Assembly (NCBI GenBank): GCA_036785375.1
Contig: JAWMAR010000569.1
Span: 434,001-498,000, forward strand
Direction: 5' to 3'
Length of the DNA: 64,000 bases
From: Leucoraja ocellata
Lineage: Eukaryota
The notes beneath the pieces are model-generated. The model worked only from the letters and a program-made list of their open reading frames with translations, searched no databases and was not told the origin of the DNA. Position numbers and translations under genes: made by a program. Positions 48,971 through 61,700 of the stretch are shown piece by piece (position 1 is the first letter of the stretch; each line of letters starts with the position of its first letter).

Positions 48971-49445
48971 TTAGGTGATTTTTTAGGTGATTGCCAGCGA
49001 CTAGGACAATGGAATTCACCAAAGTCAGCACCAGTGACAAGCTACGTTAACCTGGCGACAACCTACGACAATCTATGACAGCCCTAATTGTCGCCACTGT
49101 TGCCAAAAAACTTTCAACATGTTAAAACATTTTCGGCAGTTGCCTGTAGTCACCTAAAATACCGCGTAAGTGGGACAGGCCCGAGGCGATTTTTTAGGTG
49201 ACTGCAGGCGACTAGGCTGTCGCCACATGTTCGCCAGGGTGTCGCCTGTACGGCCGTGAGTCGTCTCCTCAATCACCCAAAACGTTGTAGAGTTTTTCTG
49301 GTCACCGCTGGATTTTGAAATGTTCAAATATTTTCGGCGACAGTCGGCGACAGTGGGCTTGATGCCAATGAGCGTAGCTTGGCTTCTCCTGATATAGGTG
49401 CTGTCATAGGTTGTCACCAGGATGACGTAGGTTGTCGCCAGGATG
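48958..49445. mobile_element. PIF/Harbinger-like MITEs (adjacent copies)
   Basis: GGGCCTGTCACACTTAGG ... TAAGTGGGACAGGCCC inverted termini, then a second copy homologous to 1-140. Confidence 0.65.
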
Positions 49446-49920
49446 GGGGGGGGTGGCAGCTCGCGGGTTGGGGTGGCAAGAGCTCGCGGGGGGGCGTCAG
49501 CTCGTGTCGCGGTGCAGCTTGCGGGGGGGAGGGCGGCAGCTCATGGGGGTGAGGGCGGCAGCTCGCGGGAGGGCGGTAGCGGGCGTCGACCAAAGCTCCC
49601 GGGTACAGGGCCCGAGCCGAGTCGCGAGCGTGCGAACATCTTCAGTCAACAGGGCGATGTTTGAACAACGGGGGGAGGAGGGAGGGGTGGGAGGTGACGC
49701 CAGTCGTAGCGCGAACAGATGGCAGGATATTGTCAAGTCATCAGCGAAAAAAACTAAAAACAAATGGGCGTTTTGAATTGAAAATTGGATCGGATTTGTG
49801 AACATTTTTATTAATTACTCAAGAAATAAAGCACACCATTTTCAGCTAAGCCGATTTTTGACACCAGGGGGTAAATCTCTACCGGAATATGTAAAAAAGG
49901 TTGTGCTTTGAATAACATTT

Positions 49921-52900
49921 TGTAGGAAAGTCAAGTTTAGGTTCGCCTCGGGTTGCTGTGTTTTGAGATAATGAATACTATAACATTTGTCTCCCAAGTG
50001 ACGAGAGAGGAAGCAGAGAAGAAGCTAGATTGATCTCATTAAGGGGCAATAACAAATGGCAGATCTCTTTGATATGTAAGATGCCTTGCACCAAATGTCC
50101 GATGCCTTTGATATGTAAAGTCCTTGTACCTTATGTCAAGATGCATTTGATGTGACGAGACCACTCGGGTGCACCCTGTAGTAATCTTTATTCTCTGTAC
50201 CTCTGACCATGACTAATGTTTGTGGAATGTGCTAAGGTGACAAAAAAACACTATATAATACCATGTGTTGTGAGATAAATGAAACTTTCACTACTCGTAA
50301 TTAACTTAACTTTATTTAAGCTTTAAGCAACTTATTTCTGCAATACACAAACTCAGAAACGTCTGGCAAACATGGCTGATTCCGCAGGCTTTTCCCGCCC
50401 GAAATACTTCGCACATGCGCACTCTCCGGAAATGTCCTGCGCATGCGCACACTCTAGAAATGTCCTGCGCATGCGCACACTCTAGAAATGTCCTGTGCAT
50501 GCGCACACTCTAGAAGAGCTCCGCACATGCGCACATGCGCTCACTTCATTCTCCCCTCCTATTTATAAGTTGAGACGGTCAGGAGGTTTAATACGTCTTG
50601 ATGACCGTCGCAGCACTGGAGCCTCAGGAGATACCGGCGTTTCAATAGCTGGGGCTAGATATATTGCTTGGTCATCAACTTCACTCATATTGTTATTTAG
50701 ATTTTCAATTTTAGAATTTCTTGTAGAAGTTTCCATAGAGGATGCGGGAAGTATTGCAGGAAGTTCCCGATTAGTGTTATCAAGAAGTGACGGAGCTGAT
50801 GGAGAAGACGGACATGGTGCAAGGTCACGAAGTGAGACAGTTGACTGACGTCCATCCCGATACTTGATAGTTGCATAAGAAGGGTTGACATCAGTCAGTT
50901 CAACTTCATCAACAAAAGGTTCATTCTTATTTAATCGGACATACCGACAAAGCAACACAGGCCCAGGGCTTGTCAACCATGATGGCAGAGAAGTACCACT
51001 AGAAGAACGCCGTTTGAAGTTAAAGAACTGCTCGTGTGGAGTAGTATTGGTAGCAGTTGACAGTGGAGATCTGATGGAGTGTAATGCATCTGGTAGAACA
51101 CATTCCCACTGCTGATCTGGTATATCATTCGACTTTAAAGCCAGTTTCACTGCTTTCCAAATGATTCCGTTATACCTCTCAACCTGACCATTTCCAATAG
51201 GATGATATGGTGTTGTTTTACTTGTTGCAATTCCTCTCTTAGAAAGGTAGTCCTTTAAATCGTTTGACATGAATGAAGTGCCCCAATCAGAATGTATGTA
51301 ACTTGGAAATCCACAGAATGAAAACAGTTGATCTAAACATTTGATAACAGTAGCAGCTGAAATATTTGGACAAGGAAAGGCAAATGGAAACCTCGAATAT
51401 TCGTCAACTAAGGTAAGTATATAAACATTTTGAGAGGAGGATGGTACAGGCCCTTTGAAGTCAATACTCAATCGTTCCATAGGTTGAGTAGCTTTGATCA
51501 ATCTTACTTCTTCAGGACGGACGAACCTTGGTTTTAATTCAGCACAGATTCTACATGAAGCACACGTCATCTTCACATCTTCTGTAGAGAAAGGTAAGTT
51601 TTTGGAACGAACATAGTGTAACAAACGAGTGACTCCAGGATGACACAGCCCATTGTGAAGATCAGTGAGTGCAGAAGAATGAACAGAGGCACAAAATGCT
51701 CGAGTTAATGTGTCCGGAGCAACATTATCCTTACCAGGGCAGTACTCAATTGAATAACTATATGCAGATAATTCAATCCTCCATTCATGAATTTTAGTTT
51801 TTAATCATCTTTCGTTTCCGATTATCCAGCATAAAAGCCACTGAACGCTGATCTGTTATCAAAGTGAAGTGCTGGCGAGCAAAGAAATGACTCAATTTTC
51901 TATCTGCTTCAATAATTGCTGTAGCTTCCTTTTCGACGGATGGGTAGTGCAATTCACTACCTTGGAGAGTACAAGACATGAAAGCAACTGGTCGTCCTCC
52001 TTGATTTAATGTTGCTGATACTGCAAAATCAGAGGCATCACATTCAACAACAAAGGGGTGATCCTCATCGATGGCGTGTAATGTCGTAGATTCCAATTGT
52101 TTCTTTAAAGAAGTAAAGGCGCCAACTGCTGTAGAGTCAAGGGGGAAAGATTTTGCTCTAATCAAAGGTTGAAATTTGTCAGAAAAATTTGGCATCCATT
52201 TGGCATAATATGCAAATATCCCAAAAACCCTTCGTAGAGAGTTTAATGTTGCTGGAACAGGTATCTCTTGGAGTGGGCGGAGTCTTTCTGGATCAGGCTT
52301 GATTATATCATTTCCAACCCAATAACCAAGAATATTAATTGATGACATTGATGTTATTGACTTTGCCTCATTTAATGTTAGATTTTTAGAATGTACAACA
52401 TTTAAAAACCATTGTACATTTTCGTCATGCTCAGCTTGGTCTTTCCCTGCAATAGTTATATTATCGAGATAAGGGAAAGTATCTTTAAGGTTTTCCTGTT
52501 CAACAAGTTTGTCCATCTCTCTCTGAAAAACAGCCACACCATTAGTTACCCCAAAAGGAACTCTGCAGTAGTGATATAATTCCCATTTGCTTCAAACGCA
52601 GTGTATTTCTTCTCTGATTCCTTCCGAGGAATTTGATAGTAAGCACTTTTTAACTCAAAAGTAGAGAATATCTTATACTTAGCTAATGTATTGATAATCT
52701 CTTCTATTCGAGGTAATGGATATGCATCAAGCTCCGTGAACTGGTTTATAGTTTGAGAGTAATCAATGCATAGTCTCTTTCTATGTCTCTCCAAGGGGTC
52801 CTTAACCACGACAACTTGTGCCCAATTTGTGCCCTCCAAGGGGAAGAACTGGGTTCTATAATCCCTTCTTGTAAAAGATTAGTTACTTCTGTGCTGATGA

Positions 52901-54725
52901 AGTTAATTTTGTATGCGCGCACTCCGGAAATGTCCTGCGCATGCGCACACTCTATTGTTGATTTTATAGCAATTGGCTTGCACTTGGAGGATAAATTAGT
53001 GAATAATGAAGGACATTCAACAGATGCAGCAGAAAGACCACACAATACTGGTGGCTTTGACAATACAAGATCAGGCATAGTTCCTTCATACATTATTTGA
53101 AGTGATCTGTGCAGTTTCTGGAAATCCTGACCTAGAATTATATCGCTACACAAATTTTTCAAAATACCAAGACATACAGATTTATAGCTAGTTTTGTTCA
53201 GAATAAAGTCTACAATACAAGATCCTATAATTTGAGTATTGAGAGGTGTCAGAGCCATCAAGATTTCTCTATTTGAAGGAATTATAGTTAGATTTCGTCG
53301 GGACACAACTTGTTCACTTATAAAACTTTCTGAACTGCCAGAATCAAGTAGTACATTAAGTGTATGGCCATTGATGAATACCGTTGTAGCTGCATGAGAC
53401 AAGCTCTGAGGAAATGCAGCTGTAATTGCACATAAAGAAGGCGTGTATATGGCAGCAGTCACACTTTTAGTAGTTGCTTTGGACTTGCATACTCTAGAAT
53501 AATGTCCCTTCTTGCCACAACTATTACAAGTTGCCTCATGAGCAGGACATGTCTCTCTCTTATGAATATTACCCCCGCAAAAGTAACAGTTCCTTTTTGA
53601 ATAATTATATGCTGCAGCAAGGGCACCTTTATCAGTAGAAATTGTTTCCGTTTGCTCCCTATTAGTACGTGGGTTAAATTATTTTGTAGTAGTTGCGGCA
53701 GAATACACATTAGATGAGCCATAAGCATCTGAATTTTTCTGAACCAAGTCTAAAGAGTAAGCTTGATTGTGAGCTGACTGTAAATCCAAGGTTTTGTGTT
53801 CTAATAGTCTCTGTCGTATTAAAGGCGATGCCAAACCATTGATAAAAGAGTCTCGAATAACTTCCTGTCGATATTGATCAGACGTAACTGCTTTGAAGAC
53901 ACAGTCTTTACTAAGTCTTTGAAGTTCTTGTAAAAATTCATCAAGTGACTCACCAGGTTTTTGTTTCCGAGTAGCAAGGAGGTGTCGAGAGAATATCACG
54001 TTGGGTGTCTTAACGAAGAGTTTGCTTAGTACATCAATAGCAGAATCATAAGTTGTACATTCCTCTATGTAATCATATACATCAGAAGAGACAAAGCTTA
54101 TTAATGTCTTGAGTATGTCTGGTGCATCATTGCCACACTCATCAAAGAAGTTATTTAGTATACAAAGCCAGTGCTTCCAATTCTTTGCAGCAGTAGGTGA
54201 GTTGGGATTCAGATCCAAGCGTTGTGGTTTCAGTAGCTTCTCCATCCCAAGTCGGACTGTTTGACTTCTGAGATAAGTTGCTTAAATTGTTGTGAGATAA
54301 ATGAAACTTTCACTACTCGTAATTAACTTAACTTTATTTAAGCTTTAAGCAACTTATTTCTGCAATACACAAACTCAGAAACGTCTAGCAAACATGGATG
54401 ATTCCGCAGGCTTTTCCCGCCCGAAATACTTCGCACATGCGCACACTCCGGAAATGTCCTGCGCATGCGCACACTCCGGAAATGTCCTGCGCATGCGCAC
54501 ACTCTAGAAGAGCTCCGCACATGCGCCCACTTTACCATGTAATTCTGTTGTTCAGAGAAGTGGATGAGGACAGTGAAGTGTCTGTATTGCTCACTTGACT
54601 AGAGTTCTCCCTCCCTTCCATCAGCCTATAATAAGTAAAGCTTTGAACTGGTCTACCAAACGTTTGTGAGTTGTCTGTTTATTAAGAAGCGAACCTGTTT
54701 GATTGTTATAAAAGTAACTTTTCCA
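49921..54725 (+). mobile_element. ERV-like LTR (49921-50265 plus 54540-54725) split by a Gypsy insertion
   Basis: TG...CA ends, TATATAA, poly(A)-like signal; followed by TGGCATAGTC resembling a tRNA-Ser PBS. Confidence 0.55.
50266..54534 (-). mobile_element. Full-length Ty3/Gypsy LTR retrotransposon with frameshifted gag-pro-RT-RNaseH-integrase
   Basis: LTRs 50266-50548 and 54288-54534; TSD CCATG; PPT 50549-50560; gag MEKLLKP.RLDL, protease LLDSGS, RT YLDN, RNaseH ECDAS, integrase IDFKGP...HSD.G..F...NGQVER. Confidence 0.95.
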
Positions 54726-54867
54726 TTGGCATAGTCATGCAGGCCTCGCTGGGACCCGATCAACAGCTGACTGTGCAAGAGGTTGCAGAGGTTGCCGGGA
54801 TTGGAGGGGAGACAACTGAGCTCTATCAGCCCTTGTAAGACCGACTACCCATGACTTTTCAGTCTCC

Positions 54868-55300
54868 CTACCCTATCCTCATTTCTCCACCGAATTTTCC
54901 TTCATCCACAATTGTTTTATAACATAGTTGCTTGTCAGAAAAAGGATTCCCCCGGGGTAATTTTGTTTTGCAATGCCCCATTGGCTCTTTCCACCATCCC
55001 AGATGCCTGTGAGTGGTGTACACAGTGAAATTGCTGTTGGATATTACAATGTGCACATATTTCCTTATCAATAGTGGCAATATTCTTAGTGGAGCTTCAA
55101 TCCACCTGCTAAATAAATCTAAAGTCACTAAGCAATATTTATAACACTGGGCCCTTGGCATTTCAATGAAATGAATCTGTATGCATTCAAACGGTCGTGA
55201 TGGCATTGTCGTCACCCCTGAGGGTATTTTAATTGGTTTGCCTAGATTACTTTGTTGGCAGATTTTACATTCAGAGGCCTGCTTCGGTGCCTCTTGCCGA
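54868..55300 (-). mobile_element. Endogenous retrovirus integrase fragment
   Basis: CKICQQ zinc finger and PFECIQIHFIEMP...YKYCLV.LDLFSRWIEA. Confidence 0.72.
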
Positions 55301-57008
55301 ATGTTTGGTTAGCTTGACACCAAATCAGATTAATGTCCATTAAAATAATTGCAAATTTGTCCAAAAGCCAATTAAAATAATGATTTTTTGCACGTTCACA
55401 TCCTGAGCAGTATATTAAACAGGATGCCCACTTTTCATTTTGGACAAGTTTATGGCTGAGTTTATAAATGAGAAAGTCAAAACAGCAAAATCTTTACTGT
55501 CACAATAAATTGCTAACTTTCCTCAATTCTGAAGAAAATGAATCAACTTGAGCTAAGAACTGTATTTCTCTCTCTATCAATGCATAGTTTGATCCAGGGA
55601 CAGAGACTAACTATGTAATGAACACAAGATGCAGCAGAATAAGGTAAAGTAAAGGAAAGTAACATTTTATTTTGAAGGGGATGGAATATAAATATTGTTT
55701 AGTTTTAGTTAAGTTTAGAGATGCAGTGTAGAAACAGGCCCTTCGGCCCACTACGCCAACCATCGATCACCAATACACTAGTTCTATCCTACACACTAAG
55801 GACACTTTACAGAAACTAATTAAGCTACAAAACTTGCCCATCAGGATCCTTTCCTTCCCACCATAATCCTATGTCTTCTGCTTCTTGGTACCCCTACCCT
55901 GTGTAAAAAAAACTAGTTCACCCTAAGCTATTCCCCTCATGATTTTATGCACCTCTATAAGATCACCCCTCAGCCTCCTGTGCTCCAAGGGGTTTACGGA
56001 TGGACTTAGCCTGCCCAACCTATAGCTCAGGCCCTCAAGTTCTAGCAACGTCCAAAATTGTGGATGATCAGCCATGATCACATTGAATGGCGGTGCTGGC
56101 TTGACGGGCCGAATGGCCTCCTCCTGCACCTGTTGTCTATTGTCCTCGTGAATCTTCTCTCACTCTTTCCAGCTTAACAATGTCCTCCCTATAGCAGGGT
56201 GATCAAAACTGAACGTGATATTCCAAATGCAGCCACACCAACATCTTGTACCACTGTAACATAACATCCCAACTTCCATGTGTAGGAAAGAACTGCAGAT
56301 GCTGGCTTACACCGTAGATAGACACAAAATGTTGGAGTAACTCAGCGGGATAGGCAGCATCTCTGATCTATCCCAACTTCTGAACTCAATACCTTGACTT
56401 TCACTATTCTGTATGTTTCAATGAGATCCTCCCCTCATCTAAATTCCAGCGAGTACAGGCCCAGTGCTGTCAAATGCTCATCATAGGTTAACCTACTCAT
56501 TCCTGGGATCATTCTTGTGAACCTGTTCTGGTCCTACTCTAGAGCCAGCATATCCTTCCTCACATATGGTGCCCAAAATTGCTCACAATATTCCAAATGC
56601 GACCTTATCAGTGCCTTATAGAGCCTCAGCATTACGTCCTTGTTTGTGTATACAAGCCTGTTTTATCTTGAAATAAATGCTAGCTTACTTTACTACCGAT
56701 TCAACTTGCAGATTAACCTTTTGGGAATCCTGCTCCATCCCTTTGCACCTTCAATTTCTGGATTCTCCCCCCATTTAGAAAATAGTCTATGCCTTCTTCC
56801 GATCTATCCCAGCTTCTGTACTCAATACCGTGACTGATGAAGGCCATTGTACTGAAAGCCTTCTTGACCACCCGATCTACCTGTGACGACACTTGCAGGG
56901 AACTATCTCCCAGCACTCATAGATTCCTTTGCTCTACAATACTTCCCAGGGACCACCATTCACAGTGAATGCCCTGCCCTGGTTTGACTTCCCCTAATGA
57001 AACACTTA

Positions 57009-58613
57009 CAGTGGCTTGCAAAAGTTTTCTTACCCCTTGAACTTTTCCACATTTTGTCACGTTACAACCACAAACGTAAATGTATTTTATTGGGATTTTA
57101 TGTGATAGACCAACACAAAGTGGCGCATAATTGTGAAGTGGAAGGAAAATTATACATGGTTTTCAAATATTTTTACAAATAAAAAACTGAAAAGTGTGGC
57201 GTGCAAAAGTATTCAGCCCCCTTTACTCTGATACCCCTAAATAAAATCCAGTGCAACCAATTGCCTTCAGAAGTCACCTAATTAGTAAATAGAGTCAATT
57301 TGTGTGTAATCTAATCTCAGTATAAATACAGCTGTTCTGTGAAGGCCTTAGAGGTTTGTTAGAGAACATTAGTGAACAAACAGCATCATGAAGCCCAAGG
57401 AACATACCAGACAGGTCAGAGATAAAGTTGTGGAGAAGTTTAAAGCAGGGTTAGGTTATAAAAAAATATCCCAAGCTTTGAACATCTCACGGAGCACTGT
57501 TCAATCCATCATCCGAAAATGGAAAGAGTATGGCACAACTGCAACCCTACCAAGACATGGCCGTCCACCTAAACTGACAGGCCGGGCAAGGAGAGCATTG
57601 ATCAGAGAAGCAGCCAAGAGGCCCATGGTAACTCTGGAGGAGCTGCAGAGATCCACAGCTCAGGTGTGAGAATCTGTCCACAGGACAACTATTAGTCGTG
57701 CACTCCACAAATCGGGCCTTTATGGAAGAGTGGCAAGAAGAAAGCCATTGTTGAAAAAAAGCCATAAGAAGTCCCGTTTGCAGTTTGCCACAAGCCATGT
57801 GGGGGACACAGCAAACATGTGGAGGAAGGTGCTCTGGTCAGATGAGACCAAAATTGAAGTTTTTGGCCTAAATGCAAAACGCTATGTGTGGCGGGAAACT
57901 AACACTGCACATCACCCTGAACACACCATCCCCACTGTGAAACATGGTGGTGGCAGCATCATGCTGTGGCGATGCTTTTCTTCAGCAGGGACAGGGAAGC
58001 TGGTCAGAGTTGATGGGAAGATGGATGGAGCCAAATACAGGGCAATCTTGGAAGAAAACCTGTTAGAGTCTGCAAAAGACTTGAGACTGGGGTGGAGGTT
58101 CACCTTCCAGCAGGACAACAACCCTAAACATACAGCCAGAGCTACAATGGAATGGTTTAGATCAAAACATATTCATGTGTTAGAATGGCCCAGTCAAAGT
58201 CCAGACCTAAATCCAATTGAGAATCTCTGGCAAGACTTGAAAATTGCTGTTCACAGACGCTCTCCATCCAATCTGACTGAGCTTGAGCTATTTTGCAAAG
58301 AAGAATGGGCAAAAATTTCAGTCTCTAGATGTGCAAAGCTGGTAGAGACATACCCCAAAAGACTTGCAGCGAAAGGTGGTTCTGCAAAGTATTGACTCAG
58401 GGGGGCCGAATATTTTTGCACGCCACACTTTTCAGTTTTTTATTTGTAAAAATATTTGAAAACCACGTATCATTTTCGTTCCACTTCACAATTATGCGCC
58501 ACTTTGTGTTGGTCTATCACATAAAATCCCAATAAAATACATTTACGTTTCTGGTTGTAATGTGACAAAATGTGGAAAAGTTCAAGGGGTATGAAAACTT
58601 TTGCAAGCCACTG
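57009..58613 (+). mobile_element. Tc1/mariner DNA transposon (DD34E), full length, one in-frame stop
   Basis: TA TSD; ~210-bp TIRs starting CAGTGGCTTGCAAAAG; transposase 57388-58395 with GRPPK, WSDETK, QQDN and SPDLNPIE; TGA at 57667; empty site at 21003. Confidence 0.95.
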
Positions 58614-59978
58614 TACCTGCACTAAATTTAATTAACCATTCCTTAGCCCACTTGCCTCACTAATAAGAATCCTGCTGTCACTTGCGATAACTAAATTTGG
58701 TATCCATGATACCACCCTGTTTAGTATTATCTGCAAACTTATTAATGTTCTTGCACATCCACATCCAAATCATTGATATAAAGTAGCTGCTTGGTGCTTG
58801 TTTACTCTCATGGGAGAATATAGAATTGGAGGGACAGAATAAGATCTTGACCATTTAAAGTAGGGTTTATTGGGGATTTCCTTCTCTCAGAGGGCCTTGA
58901 ATCTTTAGAATACCTCAGAGGCCTGTGGAGGCAGCATCATTGAAGACATTCAAGGCCCAGACCGAAAGATGCTTGTTCTGTAGGAGAATTAAGGATAATA
59001 GAGCACTGGAAATGGGGATTCCTATGGGAAATAGGAACAATTATTATGGGGCAGCAATGTAGAGCTGAGGTCAAGATAAGTTCACCCATGAGAGGAAAGA
59101 GGCCTGAAAGGCTGCTGCCTGTCCCAATCTAATTCTGGCTTTTCCATCAGCTGTGTTGCTGATTTGTTGAGTATTACCTCATTTTCTGCTTTATTTCAGA
59201 TTTGCGGCATCTGCAATATATTGGTCCATTCGGCGCACCGAGTCCACACCAGCGATCAATCATCCATTTAAACTAGTTCTGTTTACCTACTTTCTCTGCC
59301 ACTCCCTACACATTCGGAACAATTTTACAGAGGCCAAATAACCTGCAAACGTTTTTGGGATTTGTGAGGAAACTGGAGCACCAGGAGGAAACCCAAACAG
59401 TCACAGAGAGACAATACAAACAGCGCACAGACAAACACCACACAGCAGTGCTGAACTACCATCTACCTCATTGGTGACCCTCGGACTATCCTTGATCGGA
59501 CATTGCTGGCTTTACCTTGCACTAAACGTTATTCCCTTTTCATGTACCTATACACTGTATAAGGCTCAATTGTAATCATGTATTGTCTTTCTGCTGACTG
59601 GTTAGCACGCAACAAAAGATTTTCACTATACCCCGGCACACGTGACGATAATCTCAATTAAACAGACAGCACCCTAGGTCAGGAACGAAACTGTGTCTCT
59701 GGCGCTGTGAGGCAGTAACTCTACCATCTGGGTCACTGTGCCACCTAAGCACTTACAAACTGTGCTTAATATTGCCTCTGCATGTTGCAGGTGATTGTTC
59801 CAATGTCCAGGGCTTTGTAACTATTGCCATGGTACAGAGGTACAGGTGGAACAAAATTAATGTCTATGCATATCATCTCACAATTGTGGTAATGCCTTTT
59901 GCTTTTCTATGGCAGTTTGCTTTGCATAGATAAGCTTCCATGATTCCTATATCTCTCGTTTCCCTTTCCCGTGACTTT

Positions 59979-60066
59979 CAGTCTGAAGAAGGGTCTTGAC
60001 CCGAAACGTTACCCACCTCCAGAGATGCTGCCTGTCCCGCTGAGTTACTCCAGCATTTTGTGTCTA
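59979..60066 (+). ncRNA. Putative minimal hammerhead ribozyme in a Penelope-derived element at the duplication boundary
   Basis: CAGT-CTGAAGA-A-GGGTCTTGACCC-GAAAC-GTT-ACC. Confidence 0.55.
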
Positions 60067-61299
60067 TTTTCGAAAGTAAGTGGAGGCAGGATTAAGCAAA
60101 GAAAGCCAGCATGACTTCCGTTTGATGAACTTGACTGAGTTTTTCAAAGGACTAATTACATTGGTTAATGCAGGTAAGTGTTTCACATGAAGCACCTCGC
60201 ACAGAGCATTGGAACATTAAGTAAAGTCTTGAGGACTTTCACATTCCCCTGAAGAGTACAAGGCATGATTAAGGATCATTATAGTTCACAGTAAGGTTAC
60301 TCTCATTATCAATATGACTTGGGGATTTTGGCCAACCCAAAACACTAATTGTTCAAAAAAAATGCAACTCAAGGGGTAGCATGGAAAAAAATGTTTGGCC
60401 ATTGTACAAAAATGAAATAGATTAAAGATACATTGGGAATAGCGATACGCTGAAATGTTTATTGTTTTTCACAATACCTAGAACATTGGATGGGTGCCAT
60501 ATTTGAAAGAACATTGGCTTGTAATGCTTTTAACTCTGATAAAAAAAAAAATACTTGACAAAGGAAATTTGAAAAAGAAGTAAACAAAATTCAGACTTAA
60601 TGGAAACAGAGCATGAAGCAACTTCCTGGAATTACTCCAAATAGATAAATGAGCACGAGGTTGGATTTTCCCAACGACATGAATCTGCCCATAACCTGTT
60701 TTCTGAAAGAGATCAGTTGGGTATTTATAGCTGCTATATTGTTCCTCATTGACTAATTGCTGCTAAAAAGAAATGAAACGGAGGATTATCAACCTGATCG
60801 TTTCTAGACTCCAAATTTTCAATTCCATATTTCTGATTTGTTGAGGGGACTAAATTACATGTTTCTGGGTTGGTTGACAATACCAAATTAGGACATGACA
60901 GATGGAGTTTTGTGTAGGATCAGTTGGATCTTCCACTCCTACTCCACATTCTACTGCAGCCCAGAGAGATGTCCTTACACTTGGCTTTGATTAGGCTTCA
61001 CAACCCTTGGAATGTTTTGTCTTTCCCTAACTATGGATGCAACTAATTTCCTTCAGCATGGATCAGGTGGGCCAAAGGGGTTCTTTCCATGCTGTATGAC
61101 TTCATGCTGCCTTCTATGACAACAACATTTCCCTATTCGCTCCTCATTTGAATGATTCCTGCGCCAATGGATAGTTCCCACACATTTCCCGCAGAGCACA
61201 TCATTGTCCAAACACAATACACAAATCTTATATCTGTTAGCTGCTGGTGGTGGTTTGCAAGCACATCCCAAACTCTATCTCCGCTGCATTAATGACTGC

Positions 61300-61615
61300 A
61301 TTGGGACTACCTCCTGCACCAATGCAGAACTCACGGACTTCCTTAACCACTTCTAATTTCCATTCTGCACTCAAATTCACTTGGACCATATCCGACATCT
61401 CCCTTTCGTCTCTTGATATCATCTTCTCCATCACAGGAGATAGATTATCGACTGACATCTATTATAAACCTACTGACTATCTAGAACAGCTATCTAGATT
61501 ACACTTCTACCCACCCTCTCTATCCCCTACTCCCAATTCCTCCATCTACGCCGCATCTGCACCTCAAGATGAGGTGTTCCATACCAGGGCATCTGAGATG
61601 TCCTCATTCTTTATG
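61300..61615 (+). mobile_element. Penelope RT fragment
   Basis: ALKFTWTISD..LD..TDIYYKPTD motif. Confidence 0.75.
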
Positions 61616-61616
61616 G

Positions 61617-61700
61617 CAGGGGTCGGCAACCTATGGCCCATGAGCCGCATCCGGCCTGTAACCTGAAATCACCCGGCCCGCAGGTGCATTTTTGTTTCCG
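61617..61700. mobile_element. hAT-like transposon left end
   Basis: CAGGGGTCGGCAACCT...GGCCC..CCGGCCC terminus pattern. Confidence 0.5.
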
